Below, piece by piece: positions 50,408 to 63,175 of a stretch of DNA of 64,000 nt. A program made the position numbers and the translations under genes. Origin of the DNA: Phoronis australis (taxonomy: Eukaryota > Animalia > Phoronida); assembly GCA_002633005.1 (NCBI GenBank), contig NMRA01000003.1, positions 262,129 to 326,128 of the forward strand, read 5' to 3'. Each line of letters starts with the position of its first letter. Within the stretch, counting starts at the first letter, position 1. The notes beneath the pieces are model-generated. The model saw only the letters and a program-made list of their open reading frames with translations, was not told the origin of the DNA and searched no databases.

Positions 50408-53400
50408 TTACACATTAACAGGTGACATAGTAGGAATAGGAATGCTGGCTAAACCTTCTCCATTCATGAAGTGCTGGCTGCATGACAGAGGCAGATTGGA
50501 ATTAGTTAAGGCCAGGTGGAAACACTGCTCCATCGAGTAGTATTTCAAGTCATGGCCAAGAGAGTGCTCTATAAACCGCCTCAAAGGTCGGATGTGAGTC
50601 GCTACTCCATCAAATACTGTGGTAAAATCTTCAACCATATGGTGTATTTTTGTAGGTGGTGGCAGTTGAAAGTCCTTGGTTTTATGTGCCAGATCCTTAA
50701 CTGGAAGTAAAATCATAATCTTATCAACTTTGACAACACACCTGTATTTTCTGTTGGATAGCTTCACAGACAATTGCTGGTATTACCAGCACAGTTCTCG
50801 ATCATCAGATGTAGTTATGATTACCTATTACGTAAATTTCCAAAGAGACATGACGGACAAATCTCATCATCAGGCACTTAGTAAGATGAACATACTCTAC
50901 TAGATTATTCACTTTGTCTTATTCAGTTAAATCAGTGTCACTTACTTGAAGGCAGCTGGTGGAAGTAATAAACGACAGGATGCAAGAAGTTGGACATGTG
51001 ACCTTCAGATGGTTCACCCGTAGCCCTGTCAGTCCTAAAGATGTCCTTTCCAGCACCAGAAAAGTCAGGTCCATATTCTAATACCAGTACCATGAGGCGG
51101 GAGGCATTTCTTCCAAACGATGAGTAAAATGTTTCCTTATACAATCGATGAATAGGCACTTCTTGTAGATATTCAAACTCAAGACCGTTTCTGAAAAGAC
51201 AGCAAAGTTCTGGTCACATCTAGTAGAAAATGTTAATTGTGAGTGACACTATTATAGGATAATGAATACGGTTGTTGAGACAATTATGAACTAGCACAAG
51301 ATTCCGAATAGGGAGCAAATGCAGTGTTTCAAAAAGAAAGGGAGTGAGCAGACTCAGAGACTGCCTAAATCATTTAAACTGTGCATTAAAGCCTTCATAC
51401 AACACTCATGTTAATGTAGCCTTTTGCTGGAAACGGTCAAAGCAGCTTTAAAGATGCATTCTTTCAAAACATTCACAAATCCCTTTACAGAATTGATTGA
51501 ACACAACACACTTTCCACTGTTGACAGTCTTTGTTCTGTTACGTTCATATCTTCACAACTGAACATTTCTAAAGCGAAAGTCCGCCCCGTTGCACAGTGT
51601 AGTGTTGTTTATGAGTTTGTATGCCCTATGAACGAATGTCTTGAGTTCGTTCAAATGTCAAACAATGTTACATTGGTCAATCGGTTTGCAGTCTTTCCCG
51701 TCGGTTATCTATGACAAAAAAAAAACACCGTCCAAGATAATTTTTTGCAATGTCATGAACGTAAAATCACCTGTCAAGAAATCGTGAAAAACACGTCAAT
51801 TCGGTACGTGGAGTACGATGTGCTGCGATTGAAAATATTAGAGTCCCTTTTAATTGCATTTGAGAAGCCTGTTTTGAATGAGCAGCAAAGGCAGGGTCAC
51901 GCCACACGTTACACTTGTTTGCGTGACTTTCCTGTTACCCCCCTTCTTTAGTCATTCTTTGCAGTATTTCACACCCCCCGTGTCCCACTGTGTGTGTCAT
52001 CAGCTTATGCTCTGTGGTGGCATTACTGCGTCATTTTATCTTCACTTGAGAATGAAAACTAGTATGTTTCAAAATATTGTGTGCCTTTTAATTATGTTGC
52101 TAGGTCAGTTACTTTGTCTATGTTCAGTTGAGAGTAGTTTTGTTCAGAAGATATGAACCTAACGGAATAAAGACTGTCAACAATGAAAAGTGTGGTGTAT
52201 TCAATCAATTCTGTATATCCGAAAACTTGCTCCCGAAGTACAGCCAAATCCCTTTACATGACAGGCTTGGTGTTTATGTACACATTTTATTTACACACCT
52301 GGTATGATTGCTCACTCATTTACAAATTAACCCTGAGTAATTACTCACTCATCAATGATAATGGCATCTCCCAATATGTGGAACATTTGATAAATGCCTG
52401 ATGCTTCATTGATTCGCCGTAGCAGTGTATTAAGCAGTTCTGTCACAGGCAGACGTACAGCTGGCCACGGAATGCCGTGCTTGTGCCACTCTAAATGGTG
52501 GTGCAATACTCGGGCTGAAACACCACAGTGCAACACTTGTCATTAAAGTGGAAATCACTCATTACTTCAACACAACACGCTATTGTTGGACAAAATTCTG
52601 TCATTACAACACTATGATGAAGAGTTAAGTTTCAAGCAACCATCATGACGAGACACTCCACTTTGTTTTGTCCGATAATACTTCTGGCATGTAAAGTTTA
52701 TGAACATGTAATTCTTATGAGAGCTACCACATGTAAGTGACAGTTAGTGAACTACGAGTCTCAAAATTGTAATCCAGGAAATAAACTCACACACCATTCT
52801 CAACATGATATGTGGTAACGATTTTTGTGCAAAGATATGTCACACAGAAACTTCCTTCTTGAGAAATAACACCAACAACACTTATGACCTTGAAAACGAG
52901 GTCAGGGTCGTCTAGTTTTAGTGGCACTTAGAGACGCCGCACCTACACCTTGATACAGAATATAAAAACACTTCCTTTTTTGATATTGTGCCAACATTTT
53001 CCAAATCAAATTATAAAATTTCTTACTGGGACCTCGAAAGCTAGAACAAGGTCCCTAAAACCTAACGATGCCTGAAGACTTGCCACTTACACCTTAGTAC
53101 AAAGTATAAAGCTTTTTTCTTCAGATATTGTGTAAAACTGTTGATAGTTCCTTCATTTACACCTCAGCACAAAGATCCTTTTATGAGATATGCCAACAAC
53201 TTTTCCCTGTCAAACCTTGATTTTATTGATTTAAGCGTCAAAATGATGCTGTCACCGTAATGGACTGAAGCCTGAAGTTACCTCACCCAAACTTCAGTAC
53301 AAAATACGAACACCTAAAGTGCATTTGTTGAGATATCACGCCAACAACATTTTCCCAAGTCAAAATTGAAAATTAAAGCTATGAACCTAAAATGAAGTCA

Positions 53401-56400
53401 AAGTCACCTCAGTGCTGGTAATTGGAATAGGGGACAAGGCTTTAGAGAATTTGTCTGCCAGATTACAGGGATTTATTACAGCGTTGCCACACATAATTAA
53501 AACAAAGCCTACTTGTGTAACGGAAGCCATGGATAAAACCTCCAGCAGATTTGCGCCAATCCAATGAGTGAGTGTTGGTTCCAGCAAAGTACAAGTTCTC
53601 TATGTTCATAGACTTGTAGACATGGTTGATTCTTGGATATTTCTTCTTCTTCCCTTTGCCCATTTCTGGTTTAAGAGAGCTAAAAGAAAGAAATTTTGTG
53701 TAGTTGGCTGAAATCAGCAAAATGAACTAGGATATCAGCAGATGTCAACAGTCACATGGCGACACATCTAGTGAAGCAGTGAAAGGCAGTTACAATCACA
53801 GTACTATCGGCCATCATTGAAGAGCATTGAAAAAGACATGTTTACTCTTAATTGTACACTTTACACTTGCACCGTTCTTGATAGTGAGGATCACCTTCGC
53901 GAAATATAAAGATCAGGCTACATGCATAACCAATAACTCAAGATCTACAAGAAACGAATATCAAAAATCTTGGAATGCGTAAACAATTTATTGTAACCAG
54001 GGAGGTCCAGCCCCAGCCTATCCATTAAAGATAGGATATAGATGGACAAAAACAAAATTGTTGATGCTACTGGTACTACTAATTACAATGTTAACTACCA
54101 AAGTTCGTAATAATTTTGAATTTGTTTCTAATTCAAAAAGCTTCACGTAGTCGTCGGGCTGTACCCGGCCAACTTCGCCGAGTGGTGTTTACATAGATGA
54201 CAGAATCGTGCAGACGATTAGAGAGGAGGTTTTATGTTATTCATTGGCATTAAGAGCGTATGGTGGCAAGGGATTCTAGAAGTAAATGTCTATACCTAGC
54301 TAAGCCACATAGCAGAGAGAGAGAGTTCTCAAAAAGTAGTGCTGTGTGAATATCTTAAAATTGACTAAGAAACAAAATGACAGAAAATAGGTTTGTTAGC
54401 TCCTATTTTGGTATACTTGCAAGCATAGTACAGTAAAGTACAGGCATTTTCAAATTTCAAATTGACAGTGATCATCAAATGTGTTATTCATGCAATGTAC
54501 ACTTTGTGGATTGGTGAATTGACATACACTGAATGTGTGAACATGTGTGTTCATTTCTATCATTTTAAATTTAGTACACGCCCATGGTAACCACACTGCG
54601 TTTTCTTGCACTGAGAAAACATCGACGAGCAGGTTCGCATATTACTAGGGAAAAGCAGGTCTAGACCTAATAATACTTTTGGTCAATGACGGAAGTCTTC
54701 TCTTGTCAATCAGTGTCAATGGTGCACAGACTAGCAGACTTCATACGAGCAACAAACTTGATGGAAGAGATTTTTAGGACAGTTTATTATATGTCACTAC
54801 TCCGAAGTTTCACTACTCCGAAGGTCTAGTTCTCCGAAGTTTCACTACTCCGAAGGTCCAGTGCTCCGGAGGTTCACTACTCCAAAGGTTCGCTACCTTC
54901 AAAAGTTCATTTCTAGTAAAAATACAGTCCATTGATTATTCCAGTCATATTTTTCAGTTAATAATGGCATCCCATATTCATATCAATTAGTTGTGCCTTA
55001 CTCCGGAAGTGACGTTTAGGGGGTTAAGAAATTTTCCACTATTTTGTTTTCATATAGTCTGACTGTGTGAGCTGTCGAGTCAGTAATTAATTTACCTCGG
55101 TTGTGATAAGTTCGGTTGGTTGCATTTGTTTACGAGTCAGTCAACATGCCGCGCAGTTGCTGATTATCGGGGTGTGCTCATTATCATCTCAAGCACTCTT
55201 TGGCATAGCATGGGTATGCCATGACATCGCTTTCCATGCTAAGCAATAGGCAAACCCAGGTGTAGGCATTAGGTGTGGTTCAATTCTTACAACAATTTTG
55301 AATTGACTTAACAAGAGCAACGCAGAGCGTTGAAATGCGCCCACAATTGCACCGCATATGGTATCCTTCTAGGGTTGTTTATTGGTACCATAAAGTGGCC
55401 AGTAGAGGGCATACAGTGTTGTATATGTAGTATGTTGTACTTTGCAAAATGGAAAGGCATGGTCATTGTCTCCTCAATAAGCTAGGGGCAAAATGTGAGT
55501 AATCTTCATAATACAAGCACATCCTATACACCAGTTCCTTAAAGCACCACAGAAACTTAGAATTAAAAACAAATTTACCAACATATGAGATTAGCACAGC
55601 ATTAGAATGCCAGAAACAAATTTCTACTTGGAACTTTTCCTTCATAGTCACGAAGTAACACAAAGTATACACCTGAAGACCTATGAAAATACAGAGGTCA
55701 ATGTAAAATACTAAAATTGCCACTAGACGCATACCGGTAGTCAGAATCATCCTAAAGTCGCCATCGTCCGTTGTCAACATCACATAAATACACTTGCTAA
55801 ATTTAGTAAAGATCCTGCAAACAGTTTGGGAGATACAGCCATGGGCGCAAAAAAAAACTGCCACTAGGAGGCGCCACAGTAATCAAAGTCATAGGAAATT
55901 CAGCGTCAACCGTCCTCTTCATAGTAAGAACATACATGCCAATTTTCACAATCATACTTATAGTGGTTTAGTTGATAGAGGGGTGGACGCCAAAAACAGA
56001 CTAAAAAACAGTAAAAATGGCCACTGGGTGTCGCAAACTAGGTCGAATCCATCCGAAAACGGGAGGATAGCGTCATCGCACTAATAGGTGCCTACATACC
56101 AAATTTCATGAAAACCCGTTAAGAACTTGTGAAGATATGGAGGTAAACGTAAAAAAATAAAATTGCCACTAAGGGGCACACCGGTTGGCGGATCCGTCCA
56201 AAATTCGTCATCGTCTGTTGTTAACATAATATAAATACACTTATTAAATTTCGTAAAGATCCTGCGAACGGTTTAGGAGATACAGCCTTAAGCGCAAAAA
56301 AAAAAACTGCCACTAAGAGGCGCCACAGTAGTCCAAATCGTCTGAAAATCATTGTCAGCTGACTTCCTTATAGTAAGCACATACACGCTTATTTTCACAA

Positions 56401-59400
56401 TCATCCTTTGAGCAGTTTGGTTGATAGAGGGGTGGACGCACAAAAAAAACGACTCGAAAATACTAAAAATGGCCACTAGGAGGCGCCACAGTGGTCGAAA
56501 TCGTCGGAAAATCATCGTCAACCGTCCTCTACATAGTAAGCATATACATGCCAATTTTCACAATCATCCTTTGAGCGGTTTGGTTGATAGAGGGGTGGAC
56601 ACACAAAAACAAACTCGAAAACACTAAAAATGGCCACTAGGTGGCGCAAACTATGTCGAATCCATCTGAAAACGGCAGGATAGCGTCATCTCACTAATAG
56701 GTGCCAACATAGCAAATTTCATGAAAATCCGTTCAGGACTTTTGAAGATGCAAAGGTAAGCATAAAAAACTAAAATTGCCACTAGGGGGCACACCGGTAG
56801 TCGGATCCGTCCGAAAGTTCGCACATGCCGTCCCATTCATGAATGGAACATATGTGCCAAATTTCATGAACGTATGTCAAAGGGTTTTGGAGATAGAGCA
56901 GCGGACGCCGGACGGACGCCGCCCGGACAGACGGACGGACGGACGGACGGACAGAGATGATGGCATAATGCGTCCACATATAAATATGTGGGCGCATAAA
57001 AAATTCTGGTCTTGGATTGTTCACATGAAATAAACTTAATTGACAATCCCATCAACATAATTTAAATAGCCATCAAGTGAAGTGCAGTGAGGTAATTGCA
57101 ATCTTGAAACTGGTGCAGTGTTAATATGGTAAAATTATGCATTCTCATCGTACATTGTTTGAGGTAACACCCCAAAAACACAGTTGGTGGTCAACTAATT
57201 TCTATCTGTATTTCATGGACATCAAAACAGAACATAAAAAAATAACGGCGAAACTTTTTGTGCAGCTCAAAATCCAGAAAAAAACTTTTACTAACCCCGA
57301 GGTAAACAAATCACTAAATCAGGAAACAAAAAGCAGTTAAAATTGACATTGTCAAACGAAATTCAACCATTTTCAAAAGGACTTTAATCATTAATTTAAT
57401 TGAAGGTAGCTTCTCACAAGCTCATGTAAGCACAGAGCCTATATTTAGGCAGGTGTAATGGAAAAAGAAATTCCATTACACCCACAGTTTTTGTGGGTTA
57501 GCAATAGGCAAAGACCTGAACACAAAATTAATTAAAAAATAATTTAGCTCATCCAATTTGTTACTAAAACATGAATATTGTATCTGCACTCGTGCCAAGA
57601 TTCACATGGTGAAAGATTACCTTTACCACAGTGACCTCACTCAGTGCATACTTCAAAGGCTGAAACGTACGATTTATTTATAATTCATCTTATTAAGTTA
57701 ATACGCTATATTTTAAGCTAGCGATGTTGCAAATAACCAAGAACAGTTTTGTCTCACAAAGACATGCAAATTACTGCCAACAATCTTCCTCACCTGTCAA
57801 AAGCAGAGTCATTAAACTTGAATCCTGTGCAAAGAATAACTTTGTCATAAGGTTCTCGCAAAGCAAAATTGTCTAATTCTGGGCTTTCATCTTCACCGTC
57901 TTCACTTTTCAGCCATAATTTTCCATTGGAATCCTTGACAAATCCAATGTCTTCAATTGCAGCTTCCAGAACACCATCCAATGACTTCAACTGGTACGTG
58001 TCCAACAATGCATTATTTACAGCCCTATAAAAGGTGCCATTTTCCAATTACCGTAAGTGGCACTTTACCCTGTTTAACAGGTAAAAATCAAAAAATGGTA
58101 TTAGGCCATCCCTAAACTTGTAAATTCGAAAGTGGCATGTGTGCGCATTCCTACAAGTTGAGCTGCTCATTCATTTGGCAACAACTGACCTATCGCAAGC
58201 TCCGCCCCCTTGGGAAAGTCAACAACCAAACAATAAGTTTTACCTGGCAACATGTTGTTTGTTGGGTAAAATGGCATCTTGGAAATAATGGTATGTCAAG
58301 AACGCTGAGTTCTGATTGGTCAGTTAAGCTGTCACTCAAAATCCTGGGGATAGGTCAATTTAAGATCAGATCAACATGGTTATGGTTTCAAACCCCAAAG
58401 CAGCTCCGTTAAGAATTCGACATTGTCAGATAATCAAAAGAATAGTCTGTGCATGAAGCATAGTACCTGAAAGTTTCATATAAATCCATTGTCATCTTTT
58501 GTACTTATCTATACTGATTGAAATAATACGTAAAAAGATCCGACCAGCCATTTCTGAGATATGAAGTTCCAAGAACACCGTTCTAGAATCCTACCTAATC
58601 TGAATGGTGTGCAAAATTGGTTGAATACACAGCACTTGTCGTTATTAACAATCTTTATTCCGTTCCGTTCGTATCCTCGGAACAATGTTCGACACTCAAC
58701 AGAAACTGGTAAAGCAACTGACCAAGAGACGTGATAAAAGGACACATGATATTTCTAACCATAACTGTTTCATTCTCAAGTGGAAATAAAATGACGAAGT
58801 AATACCACCACAGAGCAAACTTGCTCCCGAAGTACAGCCAATCTTAAGGATGTGAACGAAATCACAAATATCAATAATTGTAGAAAGAATATATGAAAAC
58901 ATTTTCTATTCTTTTGAAAGTACGTTAAAATGTATTAAGATGAGGTGAATCTATTTCTTTAGAGCACTAACGAAAAAACTATCTTACCTGGTATCTCCTA
59001 CGTAATGTGTTTCCCATGACAACCTGACACGGGACCGGGCAACCATGTGAATGAAGCTAGTGGACCCATACAAACTGTCGGCCACTTCAAAAGCAGAGTT
59101 TCCACGACCTGGTGACATGAAAGCAGAGCTTTTCATAAGCTTTCGGGGTTGTCTTGAAATCAGCATTGTTTTAAGAAAAACAGTGTCAGTATGTTTTTTA
59201 ACAAAGGTAAAAGATTTTATGAAATATTAGGGGTTTGACCTTCTGTTGACACCACTAAAGCATTGTGTTCATTCTCAAGAGATAGGAACACAGATGGAAG
59301 GTAAATCAAACGTTCTTATTTACAACTCACCTACATGCAGAAAACTAACAACATATTGGCACAACTATTCTATTCTTCTAAAAATGTTGTCCATTTAACA

Positions 59401-59595
59401 CCTTTTAAACAATTTTAAAACAAACCATTATTAGTTAAATTTGAAAAGGAGCACCACTTACCAACAATTAAAACAGATTTTCCTTCATAATCCTCAGGGT
59501 TAAGCGACATGCTGTCGTAGGAATCTGTATACTCACTACCCTTGAAATTTTTGGGCACGTTAGGTGAGGACATTCCGTTTGCCATTATCATAATA
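50408..59595 (-). CDS. FOXRED2: FAD-dependent oxidoreductase domain-containing protein 2-like, 3' seven exons (5' exons not identified in the window)
   Basis: Exons 59595-59462, 59108-58988, 58024-57794, 53679-53513, 52514-52349, 51190-50946 and 50700-50408 splice in frame with GT-AG. Motifs: [103 protein letters not shown]. Confidence 0.9.
51562..52219 (+). mobile_element. Penelope-like element, second 5'-truncated copy
   Basis: Closely matches 10877-11530; contains VVYEFVCP and [20 protein letters not shown]. It lies in a FOXRED2 intron. Confidence 0.8.
54794..54908 (+). repeat. 16-bp tandem repeat x ~7
   Basis: TCACTACTCCGAAG(G/T)T units, interleaved with variant units. Confidence 0.8.
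54999..55238 (+). mobile_element. Diverged fragment of the Kolobok family A transposase-side end (inner TIR + THAP start)
   Basis: By eye it aligns to the reverse complement of ~10170-10400: tccggaagtgacg...catatagtctgactgtg...agtcagtcaacatgcc...catcgctttcc. Confidence 0.75.
55310..57003 (+). mobile_element. Helentron-associated (HINE/DINE-1-like) non-autonomous element with internal tandem array
   Basis: AACAAGAG start; subTIR ATGCGCCCACA (55335) / TGTGGGCGCAT (56987); ~8 diverged ~150-bp units containing GCCACTAG; (GACG)n microsatellite at ~56905-56950; terminal hairpin ATGCGTCCACATATAAATATGTGGGCGCAT followed by an A run. Confidence 0.75.
58617..58816 (-). mobile_element. Penelope pseudo-LTR fragment, third copy
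   Basis: Its reverse complement matches the non-coding tail at ~11320-11520. Confidence 0.7.
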
Positions 59596-59660
59596 CTGAA
59601 AAATTCAAAGTGCCACAATGAGGCCACAGGCATTCACATTAGTCAAGACCAGCAATTACT

Positions 59661-59918
59661 TGTGAGTCTGGTTAGCACTCTACCTGTTGGCCACATCACA
59701 TGCCTTAAAGAATATAAGTCTGAAAATATTTCTGCTCCAACCGTCTGATTAGATTTTTGTATTTGACCAGAGGTCCACATGGCCAAGTGGACTAGAGCAT
59801 CTGCACGCTCAGCAGAAGGTCGCGGGCTGGAGTCCTGGTTGGGGCAGAAAACTTCTCAGACTTATATCCATTAGGTCACGTGATGTGGCCAACAGGTGGC
59901 CTGCTAACGAGACTTATA
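59661..59918. mobile_element. MITE with ~60-bp TIRs enclosing a tRNA-like Pol III cassette
   Basis: 59661-59722 is an inverted match of 59856-59918 (ACCTGTTGGCCACATCAC...TATAAGTCTGA). Internally there is TGGCCAAGTGG (A box) ... GGCTGGAGTCC (degenerate B box). Confidence 0.65.
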
Positions 59919-59975
59919 AATGTTTGCAATCTACACTTCCACGCCAGTTTAAGATTTATATATTAGTCAAGACTA

Positions 59976-62374
59976 CAGTTGCGGATCTACGGGGGGGGGG
60001 TTTAGGGGGTTTAAACCCCCCCCTCGGGCCAGGACCCAAAAATTAAAAAAACAAACAAAAGGGTCCCCAGCAAAACAAAAACGGCACCGCCAGCGTGTGT
60101 AAACCCCAAGTAAACCAACTTGGAAAAAATTGAGGGGGGGTTCACTCCGAAAATATAGTTTTTTGCGTTGTGAATTGCTGAGTCTTTGTGGCTCATCGGC
60201 AAAACGCGTGGGGATTTATTGTGCGTGCGCTTCCGTCGACACTTCTGAAGTAGCCAAGCATTTTAGATGGATTCACCGCTGAAAGAGCAGTTCTATAGCT
60301 GATTTCTCTAGGTAACTAGCTTCTTTACTCTAAAATATATTTTGATTTGATTAGGGGTAATACTGCGGTGCCGCAACCCTGATATTCAGGCGAATTGACG
60401 TGCAACGTTTTTACCTCATCTGTCATGCCGTGTCATTCTATTACACTCCACACGTTTGTAACTGATGTACAGTAAAGTTGTCTTGCGCAATATCATATAG
60501 TGTACATGTACATGTAATATTGTGTACATGTACATGTAATATTTTTGAAAAAAAAAATCTTTTTCCGAAGAATTGCTATTGTGGCGGGCGCCGTGGTCTG
60601 GTCGCGAGTCCGTTTGAAGACACACTCTATAACAAGTTATGTCTATACAAGGAATGACCAAGGGGGCACTCACATTGAGAAAGTGACCGCATTCGCGAAA
60701 AGTGTACAGTACCAGAAATTGCGGGGAGGCTGTTCTTTCACAACAAAGTCTTGCGGGACTCGTGCGATGTTCAATAGGCCTCCTAAGGAGCCCTAGTTCC
60801 GACCTCAACACCTACCGTCTGTCTACCTGCAATAAGCACACTGCCGTCTTCTATACTGGGAATTTCCGCAGAAAGGCTCACCCGATGAAACGCTCATGCC
60901 CATGGGCATTTATTTGATATTAGTACTTCGGGTTTCAAGCGTTCAGACATTGGGACGTTTATTTCGAAAATTGCAAGAGATGCAAATAGGTCCTGGGATG
61001 CTTCGTCAAGGTTTGAAGTAGTCCATGATGAACGGATCAAATTTAGTTGCGCATGTAAGTCTTTTGAATGGACTTGGCAACCTCAAGGGTCTTAGTGTCA
61101 ACTGAGCTGCGAAACGAGATGCTGACATTGTAGAGGCTTACAAGCTCATTGACACAGCAGTTGACGAAGTGCAAGCGTTGGGAACAAACATCGAAGATAT
61201 CTGGGTAGAATGGTTCCAAGACGAGCAAATCATTGGATCCGATATACAAATTCCTCGGCAGTCTAGACAACAGAAGGATAGGACTAACGTATGAGTAACC
61301 ACTGGGGATTAAAATTTTAGAGAGAAGTTTTCAATTCAAAATTTTTTGCATAGTACACTTTAGGTCTCGCGACGGACCAGGCCAGCTTGATTTGTGTAGA
61401 TGTTGAGTTTCAGTGTACTTCTGGTCCCTCGGCGAACTAGTCTTGTGTTTTTTTACCAAAGTGTGCTTTGTAAAACTATTTATCTCAGCCAGTACTGTTT
61501 GGTCCCGCGACAGATCGACTATTTTTATAGGGATAATAAGCACAGGTGTACTCTTGGTCTCGTGACGGACCAGGTCAGCTTTTTGTGTACTCTCAGTGTA
61601 CATCTGGTCCCTCTGCAAACTAGTCCAGTGTATCTTTTCACCACTGTGCACAGGATGTTTTGGTTTCGTGAAACTGTTTTCAGATGATTTGTTTCCTGAT
61701 AGATTTGACATTTTTCAATTGTTGTCAACGTGATTCAGCTTAATAAAGTGATACCTAATTATTTATTGTCGCTTTTAATAATAGACTATGAGTTGAGAGC
61801 ACCATCGTTCGCCAGTTTTTCTCGCAACGAGACAGAACACATGTTTATTTCCGGACTAACAGTACAGGTCTTCGTTCTTAAACAACTTGAGGCTGCTGTT
61901 ACGCGATCATCTGATATTCAAGTTTTTACGCCCCGTCGGTGCTCCTTAATTATGCTCTTGATAATGTGGAAATTGTCTAAACCCCTGTATACACACCACA
62001 CTTTTTCGTATACGACTTTTCGTATGCTAAAAAAGGTGTGTAAGCAGATGTTCCAACAAAAATTTTTGCTGGTGGCGTGACTTATACCCAGATGTGCACA
62101 ATATAGTTTCACGAAACTTATGTGCCAAGTTCATGTGACGAAATCGAGAAGGGTTTTTAATTATCTTAAGAAAAACTCCAGAGACATGTTAAGTGCCAGA
62201 AACTTACCAGGATGCATGGAAATTTCACTATTTGGCTACAAAAACAAAACAAATTCTTACACGGGAGGGGAAACCCCCCTCCCGACCTCCCCCCGCTCGG
62301 CGCCACGTGCCTAGGATTCGACCTTGGCGGGAATCTTAAACCCTCCCCTTGCTGAAAACGTAGATCCGCCACTG
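59976..62374 (+). mobile_element. Decayed hAT element
   Basis: TIR CAGTTGCGGATCTACG / CGTAGATCCGCCACTG. A remnant frame at ~61120-61294 reads DIVEAYKLIDTAVDEVQALGTNIEDIWVEWFQDEQIIGSDIQIPRQSRQQKDRTN, like ZMYM1/THAP12-type hAT transposases. No clear TSD. Confidence 0.65.
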
Positions 62375-62379
62375 AGTGT

Positions 62380-62720
62380 AACAGCACCCCGCCCCTACAA
62401 CACCAAGAACCCTTTAATTCACTCCCATCCACATCCACACTCAGACCATACCCACATACACACACTACACCTCAAAACACCCACCCATAAATCCACACTC
62501 CTTCACACACTACACCCCAAAACACCCACCCAATTAACATCCATGCACGTACACCCATAAATCCAAACCAAACCGCTCACACTCACATTTCCAACACACA
62601 CAAATAACCACCCACCAATCCACACCTAGGCACCCACAATATTACCCACCCACAATACAAATGCCCACCCATTAATCAACACCTATTCATCCACACTCAA
62701 TCTATATCCCAAAACACTTA
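62380..62720. repeat. CA/CAC-rich low-complexity tract
   Basis: Almost G-free stretch of ACAC/CACCC motifs, with an internal duplication CACACTACACC(T/C)CAAAACACCCACCCA. Confidence 0.75.
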
Positions 62721-62723
62721 TTA

Positions 62724-62810
62724 CCGTATTCGCCCTAATAAGCGCCCATGCCCCTATAAGCGCCCCCACGCATTTTCAGACTTTGCTAAAATAAGTGCCC
62801 AATCCAACAT
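62724..62810. mobile_element. pogo/Tc2-like terminal inverted repeat
   Basis: TA|CCGTATT terminus followed by repeated ATAAG(C/T)GCCC motifs (~62738, ~62756, ~62791). The partner end was not confidently found in the window. Confidence 0.55.
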
Positions 62811-62846
62811 CGCCGTGTACATGCGAAAAATGCCTTACCTACAGTT

Positions 62847-63175
62847 CTAAAATTCTACACTCAGTAACGTCTTCAATTTATCAATAAGATCCAACAGTCC
62901 TGAAAAAATCATTGTGCGCGGAATTAGTAGACCAAGAGCCTCGCCCCTATGTCGGTATTGAGCAGTGACTATACACTTCAAATTTCCACCGTGCTTCAAA
63001 AACTGAATGCAAGTTTTGATGATCTTGCAAGGTATGTGTCCTATTATGATCTGGCCTTTCAGAACAGACACAGCATACTTGTCAAAGGGATTGTATTGTA
63101 TCTTTCCTGTACAGATCTCCCTCAACAGGAATCCAAACCTCTTTGTACAAGTGAAAACTGCGAATCAAGGACTAA
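62847..63175 (-). pseudogene. HIRAN-like domain gene, frameshifted
   Basis: SLIRSFHLYKEVWIPVEG [1-bp frameshift ~63120] EICTGKIQYNPFDKYAVSVLKGQIIIGHIPCKIIKTCIQFLKHGGNLKCIVT...GLLIP, which matches the N..D..AV...GH.P HIRAN signature. Confidence 0.65.

Noticed and set aside
54794-54908. CRISPR-like periodic repeat
   Set aside because: These are contiguous 16-bp units with no unique spacers and no cas genes, in a eukaryotic context.
18512-59595. Operon of four co-oriented genes
   Set aside because: Intergenic gaps are 2.4-16 kb and filled with transposons, and nothing indicates polycistronic organisation.
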